Part shown: positions 38,307 through 48,408 of the stretch, piece after piece
Position numbering within the stretch: the stretch's first letter is position 1
Layout: each line of letters starts with the position of its first letter
Origin: Vicinamibacteria bacterium
Lineage (GTDB): Bacteria > Acidobacteriota > Vicinamibacteria > Vicinamibacterales > UBA8438
Direction: 5' to 3'
NCBI GenBank assembly: GCA_963578725.1
Contig: CAUZDS010000001.1
Span: 70,841 to 134,840, forward strand
Length of the DNA: 64,000 nucleotides
Notes under the pieces: model-generated
What the model was told of the DNA's origin: nothing
Seen by the model: only the letters and a program-made list of their open reading frames with translations
Database searches by the model: none
Made by a program: the position numbers and the translations under genes

Positions 38307-38579
38307 ATGTTTGAAGAATCTGCGATGCGCTCGGTGATCAAGGCGTTCTCGTGGCGAATCCTCGCCACCGTGACCACGGCGCTGCTGGTCTACGCCTTCA
38401 CGGGCCGGACCGACCTCGCGGTGACGATCGGGATACTCGAGGGCATCACGAAGATGGGGTTGTACTACCTTCACGAGCGGATCTGGAATCGACTCAACGT
38501 CGGCCGCCGGCCGATCTTTCGCTCCGCGGACGGCACGAGCGCACCGGCACTGGCGTCGTCGAACCAGGATCCCGAATGA
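38307..38579 (+). CDS. DUF2061 membrane protein
   Basis: Contains SVIKAFSWRILATVTTALLVYAFTG...GLYYLHERIW. Its stop overlaps the cysH ATG (ATGA). Confidence 0.7.
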   Translation: MFEESAMRSVIKAFSWRILATVTTALLVYAFTGRTDLAVTIGILEGITKMGLYYLHERIWNRLNVGRRPIFRSADGTSAPALASSNQDPE

Positions 38580-39325
38580 CCGAGACCAGGACTCGTGCCG
38601 ACTCGGTACAGCTGGCTAAATCTGGCAGCGCACTCGAAACGGCGACGCCGGTCGAGATCCTGCAATGGGCCGTCGACCGGTTCGGAACTCGGCTGACCTT
38701 CGCGACCGGATTTGGCGCCGAGGGGTGCGCGTTGATCGATCTGATCGGGCGGCATAGGCTCCCGATCGACATCTTCACGCTCGATACGGGGCTCCTGTTT
38801 TCTGAGACCTACGACCTCTGGCGGCGGCTCGAGGCACGATACGGGCTCACGATCCGTGGTGTGCTCCCGGCGCAGACCGTCGACGAACAGGCATCGGCGC
38901 ACGGCCCCGAGCTCTGGGCGCGAGCACCGGATCGGTGCTGCGAGATGCGCAAAGTCAGCCCGCTCGTGGCGGAGCTCGCTCGGTTCGACGCGTGGATCAC
39001 AGCCATCCGGCGGGACCAGACGGCTAGCCGCGCGGACGCGCTCGCCGTCGAGTGGGACGCGAAGTTCGGTCTTGGCAAAGTGAACCCGCTCGTCCGATGG
39101 ACCCGGAAAGACGTCTGGTTATATCTCCTGCGAAACGACGTGCCCTACAACCCGTTGCACGATCGCGGCTATCCGAGCATCGGGTGTCATCCTTGTACAA
39201 GTAGCGTGGCCGCTGGCGAGGACGAGCGCGCCGGCCGCTGGCGGGGCGGTGCCAAGACGGAGTGTGGTCTTCACATCCCAATGGTCGCGGCACCCGGGAC
39301 TGATGACGCCGGTTCAGGCTCCTAG
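38576..39325 (+). CDS. cysH: Adenylylsulfate/phosphoadenylylsulfate reductase (thioredoxin-dependent, Fe-S type)
   Basis: PAPS-reductase fold with C-terminal ECGLH. The Cys pairs RCCEMRKV and GCHPCT are typical of the [4Fe-4S] APS-reductase subclass. Confidence 0.85.
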   Translation: MTETRTRADSVQLAKSGSALETATPVEILQWAVDRFGTRLTFATGFGAEGCALIDLIGRHRLPIDIFTLDTGLLFSETYDLWRRLEARYGLTIRGVLPAQTVDEQASAHGPELWARAPDRCCEMRKVSPLVAELARFDAWITAIRRDQTASRADALAVEWDAKFGLGKVNPLVRWTRKDVWLYLLRNDVPYNPLHDRGYPSIGCHPCTSSVAAGEDERAGRWRGGAKTECGLHIPMVAAPGTDDAGSGS

Positions 39326-39382
39326 AACACTCTGGTCCCACATGCCGCGCCGGCACGCTGGTCGCAGCAGTGGGAGTCGTCT

Positions 39383-39955
39383 ATGAGCGTGGCGGTGCCG
39401 TTGTTACCGGTGTTTCTCAAACTGACCGGGCGCCCAGTCGTCCTCGTCGGCGGTGGACCGGTCGCGGCTTCCAAGCTGGACGCCCTGCTCGATGCCGGCG
39501 CGCGGGTGACCGTCGTAGCACCTAAGGTGACCCCGGAGATCGCCGGGCGCGGAGTGACGGTATGGTGCCGCCCGTTCGAGGCATCCGACCTCGACGACGC
39601 GTGGCTGGTCGTGGCCGCCGCGCCGCCCGAGGTCAACCGCCAGGTGGCCGCGGCGGCCGAGGCCCGGCGTCTTTTCGTCAACGCCGTGGACGACCCGCCG
39701 AATGCCAGTATCTATCTCGGTAGCGTGGTGCGGCGCGGCGGCGTGACGGTGGCGATCTCGACCGACGGCCGGGCGCCGGCGCTCGCCGGGCTGATTCGTC
39801 AGGCGCTTGAGGCGCTGCTGCCCGAGGACGAGGTGGCGCGGTGGATGTCGGCCGCCCGCGACCAGCGTGCCGAGTGGGCGGCCAACGGCGTACCGATGGA
39901 CCAGCGGCGCCCGCTGCTCTTGCGCGCCCTGGCCGGTCTCTACAAAGATCGGTAG
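39383..39955 (+). CDS. sirC: Precorrin-2 dehydrogenase / sirohydrochlorin ferrochelatase (siroheme synthase N-terminal module)
   Basis: Contains LPVFLKLTGRPVVLVGGGPVAASKLDALLDAGARVTVVAP, the CysG N-domain NAD motif. Confidence 0.8.
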   Translation: MSVAVPLLPVFLKLTGRPVVLVGGGPVAASKLDALLDAGARVTVVAPKVTPEIAGRGVTVWCRPFEASDLDDAWLVVAAAPPEVNRQVAAAAEARRLFVNAVDDPPNASIYLGSVVRRGGVTVAISTDGRAPALAGLIRQALEALLPEDEVARWMSAARDQRAEWAANGVPMDQRRPLLLRALAGLYKDR

Positions 39956-39988
39956 GATTGGCTGTTCATATAGGATCGGCTGTTCATA
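39953..39988 (+). repeat. Tandem 18-nt duplication (TAGGATTGGCTGTTCATA / TAGGATCGGCTGTTCATA)
   Basis: Two adjacent units match at 17 of 18 positions. The repeat starts on the sirC stop codon and ends 4 nt before the cobA ATG. Confidence 0.9.
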
Positions 39989-39992
39989 CGTA

Positions 39993-40763
39993 ATGACACG
40001 GGGATTCGTCTCGCTCGTCGGTGCCGGACCCGGAGACCCGGCCCTCCTGACCATGCAGGCAGTCGATCGCCTGCGGTTGGCCGACCTGGTTCTCTACGAC
40101 GCACTGGTCGCCCCCGGGGTGGTCGCCCTCGCCGAGCGAGCGCAACGGTTCAGCGTCGGCAAACGCGCCGGCCGCAAGTCGGTGCGCCAGGAGACGATCA
40201 CCCGCGTCGTGATCCGGGCCGCGCGCCGGGGACGCCAGGTGGTCCGACTGAAGTGTGGTGACCCGTATGTACTCGGCCGCGGTGGCGAAGAAGCGGTGGC
40301 GCTCCGGGCCGCCGGTGTCCCGTTCGAGGTCGTGCACGGTGTGACGTCGGCAGTCGCCGCGCCGGCGCTGGCCGGGATTCCCGTCACCCACCGGGGTCTG
40401 GCCTCCGGGTTCGTCGTCGTCTCGGGGCACAACGAGTCGAGCTTCCGGCCGGTCCTGGGCTCGCTTGCCCCCGGCGCCCTCACAGTAGTCGTGCTGATGG
40501 GGCTGGCGCGCCGCGCCGCGATCGCCGACTGTCTGCTCGAGCGGGGCTGGCCGGCCGAGACGGCCGCCGCCGTCGTGTTCGCCGCTGCTACACCACGCGC
40601 GCGCACGTGGGTCGGTACCCTGAAGGATCTCGGGGTGGCGCCGGACGCCACCGATCCCGACGAGCCGGGCACGATTGTCATCGGGGCGGTCGTCGAGCTG
40701 CACGCGGTGCTCGCTACGCAGCGGGACGGTGCGTGGACGGCCGCGGCCGGAGAGAAGGGCTGA
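39993..40763 (+). CDS. cobA: Uroporphyrinogen-III C-methyltransferase
   Basis: Contains VSLVGAGPGDPALLT and GDPYVLGRGGEE, motifs of the tetrapyrrole methylase family. Confidence 0.9.
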   Translation: MTRGFVSLVGAGPGDPALLTMQAVDRLRLADLVLYDALVAPGVVALAERAQRFSVGKRAGRKSVRQETITRVVIRAARRGRQVVRLKCGDPYVLGRGGEEAVALRAAGVPFEVVHGVTSAVAAPALAGIPVTHRGLASGFVVVSGHNESSFRPVLGSLAPGALTVVVLMGLARRAAIADCLLERGWPAETAAAVVFAAATPRARTWVGTLKDLGVAPDATDPDEPGTIVIGAVVELHAVLATQRDGAWTAAAGEKG

Positions 40764-40765
40764 CC

Positions 40766-43048
40766 ATGACCTGGAAGGATGCACTGGGTGACCGCGTACC
40801 GGCGGATCTGGCGTGGGAGATCAACACCTACGAAAACCAGATCGCCTTGAAGCATCAGGGCAAGATCGACGACAAGGTGTTCGCCGAGACGCGTCTGCGG
40901 CGCGGCGCCTATGGCCAGCGTTACGACAACGGCCAGCGGAACGACGGCACCGGCGTCAAGATGCTGTCGTTCCCCTCGAACGGGCGGACCAAAGGCCCCG
41001 ACACCGTCTGGGACGCTCCGGGGATGCAGCGGATCAAGATCCCGTTCGGTGGGCTCACGACGGACCAGATGGACACTCTCGCCGACCTGTGCGAGGAATA
41101 CAGCGATGGCGTCTGCCACATCACCACCCGTCAGGACGTCCAGTTGCACTACGTCCACATCGACGACACGCCGTCGTTAATGCGGCGACTCGCCGCCGTC
41201 GGTATCACGACCCGTGAGGCCTGCGGCAACACCGTGCGCAACGTCACCGCCTGCCCGCTGGCGGGGGTCTGTCGCGACGAGACCTTCGACGTCACACCGT
41301 ACGCCGCAGCGTCCATGCGCTTCCTGCTGGGCCACCCCGATGCGCAGGATTTCGGCCGCAAGTTCAAGGTGGCGTTTTCGGGCTGCCGGCAGCACGCCTG
41401 CGGGCTCGTCACCATGCATGACTTTGGCGCCATCGCCGTGACCCGCGACGTGAATGGCGTGACACAGCGCGGCTTCGAAGTGCACGTCGGAGGCGGGCTC
41501 GGGGCCGTGCCCCACCAGGCCCGGCTGTTCGAGCCGTTCATGACCGAAGACGAAATCCTGCCGACTCTCCAGGCGATCGCCCGAGTCTTCGCGCGAATGG
41601 GCGAGAAGCGCAATCGAGCCCGCGCCCGCATCAAGTTCCTGGTCGCACAGCTGGGCATCGACGAGTTCCGCCGGCTGGTGCGCGAAGAACGGACCGCGCT
41701 GACGCACGACGAGCGCTGGACCGCCTATCTTGGCAGCCTGCCCGCTGGCGGCGAGCAACCGCTCAAGATCGGGCGTCCGCTCAACAATGAGTCGAGTTCG
41801 CCGGCCTTCAAGGCCTGGGTGGGCACCAACGTGTATCGCCAGCGTCAACCCGGCTACGCGGTCGCGACGGTGAGTTTGCCGCTGGGCGATCTGAGCGGCT
41901 GGCAGCTCCGGACTCTGGCTGACGTGGCGCGGCGATTCGTCGGCGACATGGTTCGGACCACGGTCGAGCAGAACCTCGTGCTACGTTGGGTGCGGGAGTC
42001 GGATTTGCCGGCGCTGCATCGGGAGCTCGAGACGATCGGGCTGGCGCGACCTGGCGCGGGCTCGATCGCAGACATCACAGCCTGCCCCGGCACCGACACC
42101 TGCAAGCTGGGTATCGCCTCGTCGCGAGGGCTCGCGGCCGAACTCGAGCACCGGCTCGGCGAGGAGATGGAGACGCTAGACGCGGCAGTTCGACAGCTAC
42201 GGATCAAGATCAGCGGCTGCTTCAACTCGTGCGGCCAGCACCACATCTGCGACCTCGGGTTCTACGGGGTCAGCCGTCACGTTGGCGGTCATGTTGTGCC
42301 ACACTTTCAGGTCGTGCTCGGCGGCAAATGGGACGACAACGGCGGCGCCTACGGACTGGCGATCGGCGCGGTGCCGGCCAAGAACATCCCGGAGGTGGTC
42401 CGCCGCATCACGGACCGCTTCGTGCGGGATCGGGATGGAGCGGAGACCTTCTACGACTTCACGACGCGTGTCGGCAAGCGGGCGCTGCGTGAGATGTTCG
42501 AGCACCTGATGGTGGTACCGTCCCACGGGATGAACCCCGATTACTACAGTGACTGGGGCGACCCACGCGAGTTCGGTATCGGCGACATGGGAGTCGGTGA
42601 ATGTGCCGGGGAGGTCGTCTCCCTGACCGAGTTCGACCTCGCGGGCGCTGAGAGCCAGGTCTTCGAAGCACAGCTCCAGCTCGAGGAGGGTGACTTCGCG
42701 CGGGCAGACGCCATGGCTTACGGCGCGATGCTGCAGGCGGCCAAGGGGCTGATCAAGACCGAATTCATCGACATTCCGGACGACCAGGACCGGATCGTCG
42801 CCGAGTTCCGAACACGCTTCTTCGACACCGGGATCTTCTTCGATAGGTATGCGGGCGGTAAGTTCGCGCAGTATCTTTTCCGGCGTCACGCCAGGGCCGA
42901 GACGCCGGTCGACCGGGACGCCGCCCGTCGGCTGATCGAAGAGGCCCAGCTATTTCTGGAAGCCACGCATGCCTGTCAGGCGCGGCTGGCCGGTCAACCG
43001 GCACTCCCGCCGGCCGGTGGCGCGACGGCGGTCACCTCGACTCCATAG
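40766..43048 (+). CDS. sir: Ferredoxin-type sulfite (nitrite/sulfite) reductase hemoprotein with a ~200-aa C-terminal extension
   Basis: ATG at 40766. The siroheme/4Fe-4S Cys cluster is ACPGTDTCKLG ... CFNSCGQHH. About 200 extra residues follow the usual end of the NirA/Sir core. Confidence 0.85.
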   Translation: MTWKDALGDRVPADLAWEINTYENQIALKHQGKIDDKVFAETRLRRGAYGQRYDNGQRNDGTGVKMLSFPSNGRTKGPDTVWDAPGMQRIKIPFGGLTTDQMDTLADLCEEYSDGVCHITTRQDVQLHYVHIDDTPSLMRRLAAVGITTREACGNTVRNVTACPLAGVCRDETFDVTPYAAASMRFLLGHPDAQDFGRKFKVAFSGCRQHACGLVTMHDFGAIAVTRDVNGVTQRGFEVHVGGGLGAVPHQARLFEPFMTEDEILPTLQAIARVFARMGEKRNRARARIKFLVAQLGIDEFRRLVREERTALTHDERWTAYLGSLPAGGEQPLKIGRPLNNESSSPAFKAWVGTNVYRQRQPGYAVATVSLPLGDLSGWQLRTLADVARRFVGDMVRTTVEQNLVLRWVRESDLPALHRELETIGLARPGAGSIADITACPGTDTCKLGIASSRGLAAELEHRLGEEMETLDAAVRQLRIKISGCFNSCGQHHICDLGFYGVSRHVGGHVVPHFQVVLGGKWDDNGGAYGLAIGAVPAKNIPEVVRRITDRFVRDRDGAETFYDFTTRVGKRALREMFEHLMVVPSHGMNPDYYSDWGDPREFGIGDMGVGECAGEVVSLTEFDLAGAESQVFEAQLQLEEGDFARADAMAYGAMLQAAKGLIKTEFIDIPDDQDRIVAEFRTRFFDTGIFFDRYAGGKFAQYLFRRHARAETPVDRDAARRLIEEAQLFLEATHACQARLAGQPALPPAGGATAVTSTP

Positions 43049-43050
43049 TT

Positions 43051-43665
43051 ATGACCGTCAGTGCTCCCGCCGGGACGCCCAACGTCGCGGACCTGCAACG
43101 GATCGCGCTAAAGATCTTTCTCGAGGACGCGTCGGAAATCGCGTCCCATGATGTCGTTCCGGTGTTTCACCGGTGGATCCAGACGCAGGCCGTGGATGGA
43201 CTCCTCATCGACGTCGCGGACTATTCCCACATGCCAACCGGACCGGCTGTCCTGCTGGTGGCCCACGAGGGACACTACGTCCTGGATCGGACCGGGGGAC
43301 GGCTCGGGCTGCAATACGCCCGTAGACAGCCGCTCGAGGGTCCCCTGACGGACCGGCTCGCCGCACTGGGCCGGACGCTGCTGCACGCCGGACGCCTCCT
43401 CGAGACCGACACGTCGCTGCCTGGTCCCGTGCGGTTCGGTGGAAGCGAGATCGAGTGCATCGCCAACGATCGGCTGCTGGCCCCGAATCGGACCGAGACG
43501 CTGACGGCGTTCCGCCCCGCCCTGGAGTCATTCCTGGCAACCTTGTCCGCTGGCATCGACTGGACCCTGACGCGCGAGGAGGATCCGCGCGCGCGCTTCG
43601 GGATACTGGCGCGCACCCCGGAGGCGGCCACGCTCGACACGATCGCCGATCGGCTCGGCCGCTAA
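43051..43665 (+). CDS. Hypothetical protein, tightly coupled to sulfite reductase
   Basis: 204-aa ORF starting 3 nt after the sir stop. Its codon usage looks like that of its neighbours. I recognise no motif. Confidence 0.5.
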   Translation: MTVSAPAGTPNVADLQRIALKIFLEDASEIASHDVVPVFHRWIQTQAVDGLLIDVADYSHMPTGPAVLLVAHEGHYVLDRTGGRLGLQYARRQPLEGPLTDRLAALGRTLLHAGRLLETDTSLPGPVRFGGSEIECIANDRLLAPNRTETLTAFRPALESFLATLSAGIDWTLTREEDPRARFGILARTPEAATLDTIADRLGR

Positions 43666-43671
43666 CACCGG

Positions 43672-43968
43672 CTACTGCGGTAGAACGGCGTCCTTAAGCT
43701 GCTTGGCGATACGAGCCTTGACGACTGTCTTGGCCGGAATATGAATTTGGGCACCCGTCGCAGGATTGCGACCCATTCTCGCTTGGCGGTTCTGCACCAC
43801 CAGCTTGACCATTCCAGGCAACACGAACTCACCTGCCCGCTTCAGCTCGGCCTCGGACAACTGCTGGAGCGCGTCGAGGAAATCGCGCGCCTCCGCCCGC
43901 TTGATCCCGAGCTTCTCACTGAAGTGCGCAAACAGGTCAGACTTGCCCATCCTTCGGGCATCGGCCAT
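43672..43968 (-). CDS. hup: HU/IHF-family DNA-binding protein
   Basis: Contains GFGKF-like LPGMVKLVV..RQARMGRNPATGAQIHIPAKTVVKARIAK, the HU beta-arm motif. Confidence 0.85.
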   Translation of the reverse strand: MADARRMGKSDLFAHFSEKLGIKRAEARDFLDALQQLSEAELKRAGEFVLPGMVKLVVQNRQARMGRNPATGAQIHIPAKTVVKARIAKQLKDAVLPQ

Positions 43969-44162
43969 CGGTAACCCCCTTACTTAGGCGCGCTGCTGGA
44001 CACGTTCATGACCCCCACGCGCGCGAGTGGCGGCCCCGGACCGTCTTCCTGTAAAGACGCTGTATGCTAGCGTGCGAAGTTTTCTGGTGTCAATCACCGG
44101 ATGAGCGACCCACGCTCGCCAGACACGTCGGCCTGGGCGTGCCACCGGTATAGAATCCCCGA

Positions 44163-44558
44163 ATGGCGCCACGGGTGATCGAGACGTTTCCAAACCCTGA
44201 GACATCCCGGAACTACGAGATCGCGATCCGATGCCCTGAATTCACGTCATTGTGTCCGAAAACCGGTCTTCCCGATTTCGGCGAAATCCGGATCACCTAC
44301 GTGCCGGACGCGCGCTGTATCGAGCTGAGGGCGCTGAAGTACTATCTCATCGGCTTCCGGGACCGGGGCATTTTCTACGAACAGGTGACCAACCAGATCC
44401 TGGATGACCTTGTTGCGGTCTGCGCGCCTCGTCGCATGGTGATCGTCGGAGACTTCTCCGTTCGTGGAGGCATCACGACGACGGTCACCGCGAGCTACGA
44501 GGCACCCGACTATTCGAAGCAGACAGAAGTCGGACGTCAGGCATCTGAACGTGCCTGA
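44163..44558 (+). CDS. queF: NADPH-dependent 7-cyano-7-deazaguanine reductase
   Basis: Contains [24 protein letters not shown] and [10 protein letters not shown], the QueF signature with the catalytic Cys. Confidence 0.9.
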   Translation: MAPRVIETFPNPETSRNYEIAIRCPEFTSLCPKTGLPDFGEIRITYVPDARCIELRALKYYLIGFRDRGIFYEQVTNQILDDLVAVCAPRRMVIVGDFSVRGGITTTVTASYEAPDYSKQTEVGRQASERA

Positions 44559-44587
44559 CCGGCCGCGATTCGCCGACGCCGTCATCC

Positions 44588-44887
44588 GTGGAGTCGCCGA
44601 TGGCTCGAAGGGTGCTCAATGATGGGATACTGGATCTGCACACGTTCGCGCCTCGGGACGTGGCTTCCGTTGTGGAGGAGTACGTGAGGGAGGCCCATAC
44701 GCATGGGCTGCCGGAGGTCCGTCTCATTCACGGCCGCGGCATGGGCGTGCAACGCCGCACGGTCCACACCGTACTGGAGCGGCATCCGCTCGTCCTCGAG
44801 TTCTGGGATGCGCCCGAGTCACACCTCGGCGCCACCATTGCCCGTCTGTCGACACTCGAAGGTCCCAATGCAGGAGGTCTGGGGTAG
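44588..44887 (+). CDS. Stand-alone Smr domain protein
   Basis: Contains LDLHTFAPRDV...VRLIHGRGMGVQRRTV, the Smr (MutS2 C-terminal) motifs. Confidence 0.75.
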   Translation: MESPMARRVLNDGILDLHTFAPRDVASVVEEYVREAHTHGLPEVRLIHGRGMGVQRRTVHTVLERHPLVLEFWDAPESHLGATIARLSTLEGPNAGGLG

Positions 44888-44987
44888 CTGGCGACGCCGA
44901 AGCCCTTTCGCGGTCGGACGTCTGACTGCGGGGCAAGATGGAGGTGCCGGCGCTCGTGGTGTGACCGCCGGAAGGCGCCGGAACATG

Positions 44988-45950
44988 CGAGCCATCCGCA
45001 CGCAGCGGACGGTACTGACGACCGTGGTGGCGCTCGCCGGCGCGTACGCACCTGCCGGCGGCCAAACGGTTCTGCCCGTGCTGCGCATAGACGCTCCAGC
45101 TTCGCTCGAAGCACTGGCGGAAAGGGTCGACCGGTTCCCCGTCAGCCGCCTCACGACCGCGATGACCCTCGCCGGTCTGACCCACGCCGGTCCGCCGATC
45201 GACGTCCTGCTCATCGCCGAGGGCTCCGGCCTAGCCCGCCGCACGCCGCCGTGGATCTCCGGGTTCGCCGACGCCAGGCGGAACCTCGTCGTCTTGTTTC
45301 CCGACCGCGCCCGGTCGTATCCCTCCGACTCCCTCGAGACGCTGCTGCATCATGAAGTGGCTCACGTCCTGTTTGCACGGGCCGCACGCGGGCAGCCAGT
45401 ACCGCGATGGTTCAACGAAGGGCTTGCGCTGGCGGCCGAACGCCCGGCTGGACTCGGAGACCGTTCACGGCTGGCGTGGACCCTCATCAGACACGGCGGG
45501 ACCTCGCTTCCCGAGCTCGAGCGGCTCTTCGGCGAGGGACGCGCGGCCAATCAGCGAGCCTATGCGGTTGCCAGCGCGCTGACCCGGGACCTGCTGCGGA
45601 CACACGGTGAAGCCAGCGCCGGGCGCGTGCTGTCGCTGATCGGGCGCGGCCGCCCGTTCGACGAGGCATTCGAGATGGCGACCGGCGAGCCGCTCCCGGC
45701 GGCGATCAACCGGTTCTGGAGCCGCCAGCGGCTGTGGGGTAGATGGATCCCGTTCCTGACCGGACCGACGTTTCTGTGGATGGCCATTACGCTGTTCGCA
45801 CTCTACGCAATCAGGGCGCACAGCCTACGACGCGCCAGGCAACGGCGTCTCTGGGCGGAGGAGGAGCAGGCCGAGGCGGAACGGATCCTACGCGAGCGTC
45901 TGCTCGACGGCGACCCCGGCGCCTCGGGCAGCTCGTACGAGGCACACTAG
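44988..45950 (+). CDS. Peptidase MA-like zinc metalloprotease with C-terminal membrane anchor
   Basis: Signal-like N-terminus. HHEVAHVLF (HExxH) is followed by WFNEGLALAAE. A TM helix lies near the C-terminus. ATG at 44988 was chosen within the longer ORF 44703..45950. Confidence 0.65.
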   Translation, partial: RAIRTQRTVLTTVVALAGAYAPAGGQTVLPVLRIDAPASLEALAERVDRFPVSRLTTAMTLAGLTHAGPPIDVLLIAEGSGLARRTPPWISGFADARRNLVVLFPDRARSYPSDSLETLLHHEVAHVLFARAARGQPVPRWFNEGLALAAERPAGLGDRSRLAWTLIRHGGTSLPELERLFGEGRAANQRAYAVASALTRDLLRTHGEASAGRVLSLIGRGRPFDEAFEMATGEPLPAAINRFWSRQRLWGRWIPFLTGPTFLWMAITLFALYAIRAHSLRRARQRRLWAEEEQAEAERILRERLLDGDPGASGSSYEAH

Positions 45951-46661
45951 CGAAGATCCGCCCGAACCACTCAAACGGCGTCAGTCTCGATTCGCTAGCG
46001 GCTTCTCTTACAGCCGCGCCACGCGGGAGCTACCCATCTCCAGCAGGCGACAAGGGTGGGCCAGCCGAAGCCCCCGCTAAAAGCGGACAACGGCCCCATG
46101 CTATCGAGATTCTATGTACCAGGCGTCATCCACAATTTCAAGGGAGCCCTCTTGGGTCGACGGCTTTGCCAGGAAATACCACGGGGCCGAGAGTTCAGGG
46201 AGAGCAACAGATACACAACCTAGACTGATCCTGGAAACCGGGCGCTGCATTTCGGACCCGAGCCCTTCGTGGCGGGTCGGTGGCGTGGTCCGGGTCTTGC
46301 CACACAGCGAGTGGCAGCCTCAGGGAGCGGGGAAGGTCCGAGAGCCAGGCCGGCGAGGCCGAAGAGCCGCTACGACTTGAACATCCTGGGCATCCTGGCT
46401 AGCGGGTCGTACATTCTGTCGACGACGCGTTCCGTGAGCGGGACGATCCCGATGCCGGTGATATCGATTCCCCCAGGACTCACCGACACCGGCGCCGGGC
46501 GACTGCCGCTGCGGCGGTTCGACCCGGAATCGCGAAGCGATACAGTCTGGAATCTGTGGGTTTAGGCTAGTTTCCCCTTGATGTAAAGCGACGGCCTCGA
46601 TTATCCTGTCGAACCTATTGAACCCGCTTGAACCCGCGCGTAAGGCTTCCAAGACACAGTA

Positions 46662-48404
46662 ATGAGTGGACACTCGTGTGACGTGCTCATCGTTGGTGGC
46701 GGCGGGGCCGGTCTGCGCGCAGGTATCGCTGCAGCGGAAGCGAAGCCGGATTTGAACATCGCTGTCGTGTCCAAGGTGTATCCGATGCGGAGCCATACGG
46801 TTGCGGCCGAAGGCGGCGCCGCGGCTGTCATCAAGCCTGGAGACAGCACCGAGGCCCATGCCTACGACACCGTATCCGGGGCAGATTGGCTGTGCGATCA
46901 GGATGCAGTCGAGGTGTTTGTCGAGGAAGCGCCACGTGAAATGGTACAGCTGGAACACTGGGGTTGTCCCTGGAGCCGAGAACCGGATGGCACAGTCGCT
47001 GTCCGCCCGTTCGGCGGGATGAAGGCGCAGCGGACGTGGTTCGCCGCGGACAAGACCGGTTTCCACATGCTCCACGCGCTGTTCCAGACGTCGCTAAAGT
47101 ACGACGCGGTCAAACGATTCGACGAGTGGTTCGTCACCAGGCTACTGGTCAATGACGGGCGCTGTCTGGGCGTCGTGGCCATCGAGCTGGCCACCGGACA
47201 GATCCATAGCATCACGGCGAAGGCCGTGATCCTGTGCACTGGTGGCTGCGGCAAGATCTTCCCGTTTACAACCAACGCGAACATCAAGAACGGCGACGGG
47301 ATGGCGCTGGCGTATCGGGCAGGCGCGCCGCTCAAGGACATGGAGTTCGTCCAGTACCACCCGACGGGACTGCCCGCGACCGGGATCCTGATCACCGAGG
47401 CCGCACGGGCAGAAGGCGGGTGGCTGGTCAACAAGGACGGCTACCGGTATCTCCAGGACTACGATCTCGGCACACCGGAGCCCACACCGGTACTGCGGTC
47501 GATGGAGCTCGGTCCCCGGGACCGGTTGTCGCAAGCGTTCATCAAGGAACAGGGGAAAGGTCGCACGCTGGAAGGTCCGTACGGCCACTATGTCAATCTG
47601 GATATCCGCCAGATCGATGAGAAGGTCATCGACAAAAAACTCCCCTTCGTGCGCGAGTTGTGTCTGAAGTACGCCAACCTCGACCCCGTCCACGAACTGA
47701 TCCCAGTCCGACCGGTCGTCCACTACATGATGGGTGGCGTTCACACCGACATCAACGGCGCGACGCCGCTCGCCGGACTGTATGCGGCGGGCGAGGTGGC
47801 CTGTGTGAACTTGAACGGCGCCAATCGTCTTGGGTCGAACTCGCTGACCGAATGCCTTGTCTTTGGCGCCAGGGCCGGGCGGGCGGCGGCCGAGTTCGCA
47901 GAACAGTCTGGCCTGGTCGACCCATCCGTGGAAGCGCAGGTTCGAGACGAGCAGCGACGGCTGCACGACGACTTTCTCACCTCGACCCACGGGACGGAAC
48001 GGATCGCCGCTTTGCGGGCCGAGATGCAAACGACCATGGAGGAGGGTGCGGGAATCTACCGCACCGGGACCACCCTTGACGCCGCGGTGGAGACGATGGG
48101 CCGCTTGCGTCAGCGCGCCCGACATCTAAAGCTGGACGACCGGAGCCGGACCTTCAACACGGAGCTGGTCTCGGCCCTCGAGCTCGGCTACATGCTCGAT
48201 CTGGCCGAGGTGATCCTCCGGTCTGCGGCGCAGCGAACCGAATCACGTGGGGCGCATCAGCGGACGGACTATCCTGACCGGGATGACGAGCGGTTTCTAG
48301 CCCATACCCTGGTGCACCGCACGACGGATGGCTCGGCACGCATCGAGTACTTACCGGTGACCATCACGAAGTGGCCACCTGGAGACCGGGTATACGGAAG
48401 ATAG
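46662..48404 (+). CDS. frdA: Fumarate reductase flavoprotein subunit
   Basis: Close match over its length to E. coli FrdA as I recall it ([55 protein letters not shown]). Confidence 0.9.
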   Translation: MSGHSCDVLIVGGGGAGLRAGIAAAEAKPDLNIAVVSKVYPMRSHTVAAEGGAAAVIKPGDSTEAHAYDTVSGADWLCDQDAVEVFVEEAPREMVQLEHWGCPWSREPDGTVAVRPFGGMKAQRTWFAADKTGFHMLHALFQTSLKYDAVKRFDEWFVTRLLVNDGRCLGVVAIELATGQIHSITAKAVILCTGGCGKIFPFTTNANIKNGDGMALAYRAGAPLKDMEFVQYHPTGLPATGILITEAARAEGGWLVNKDGYRYLQDYDLGTPEPTPVLRSMELGPRDRLSQAFIKEQGKGRTLEGPYGHYVNLDIRQIDEKVIDKKLPFVRELCLKYANLDPVHELIPVRPVVHYMMGGVHTDINGATPLAGLYAAGEVACVNLNGANRLGSNSLTECLVFGARAGRAAAEFAEQSGLVDPSVEAQVRDEQRRLHDDFLTSTHGTERIAALRAEMQTTMEEGAGIYRTGTTLDAAVETMGRLRQRARHLKLDDRSRTFNTELVSALELGYMLDLAEVILRSAAQRTESRGAHQRTDYPDRDDERFLAHTLVHRTTDGSARIEYLPVTITKWPPGDRVYGR

Positions 48405-48408
48405 TGAC

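Noticed and set aside
46320-46350. GGGGAAGGTCCGAG resembling the RNase P RNA P4 motif GAGGAAAGTCCGGGC.
   Set aside because: The other universally conserved RNase P blocks (the GGTAAGGGTGAAAGGGTG and ACAGAACCCGGCTTA types) are absent on either strand. No tmRNA or SRP motifs are present either.
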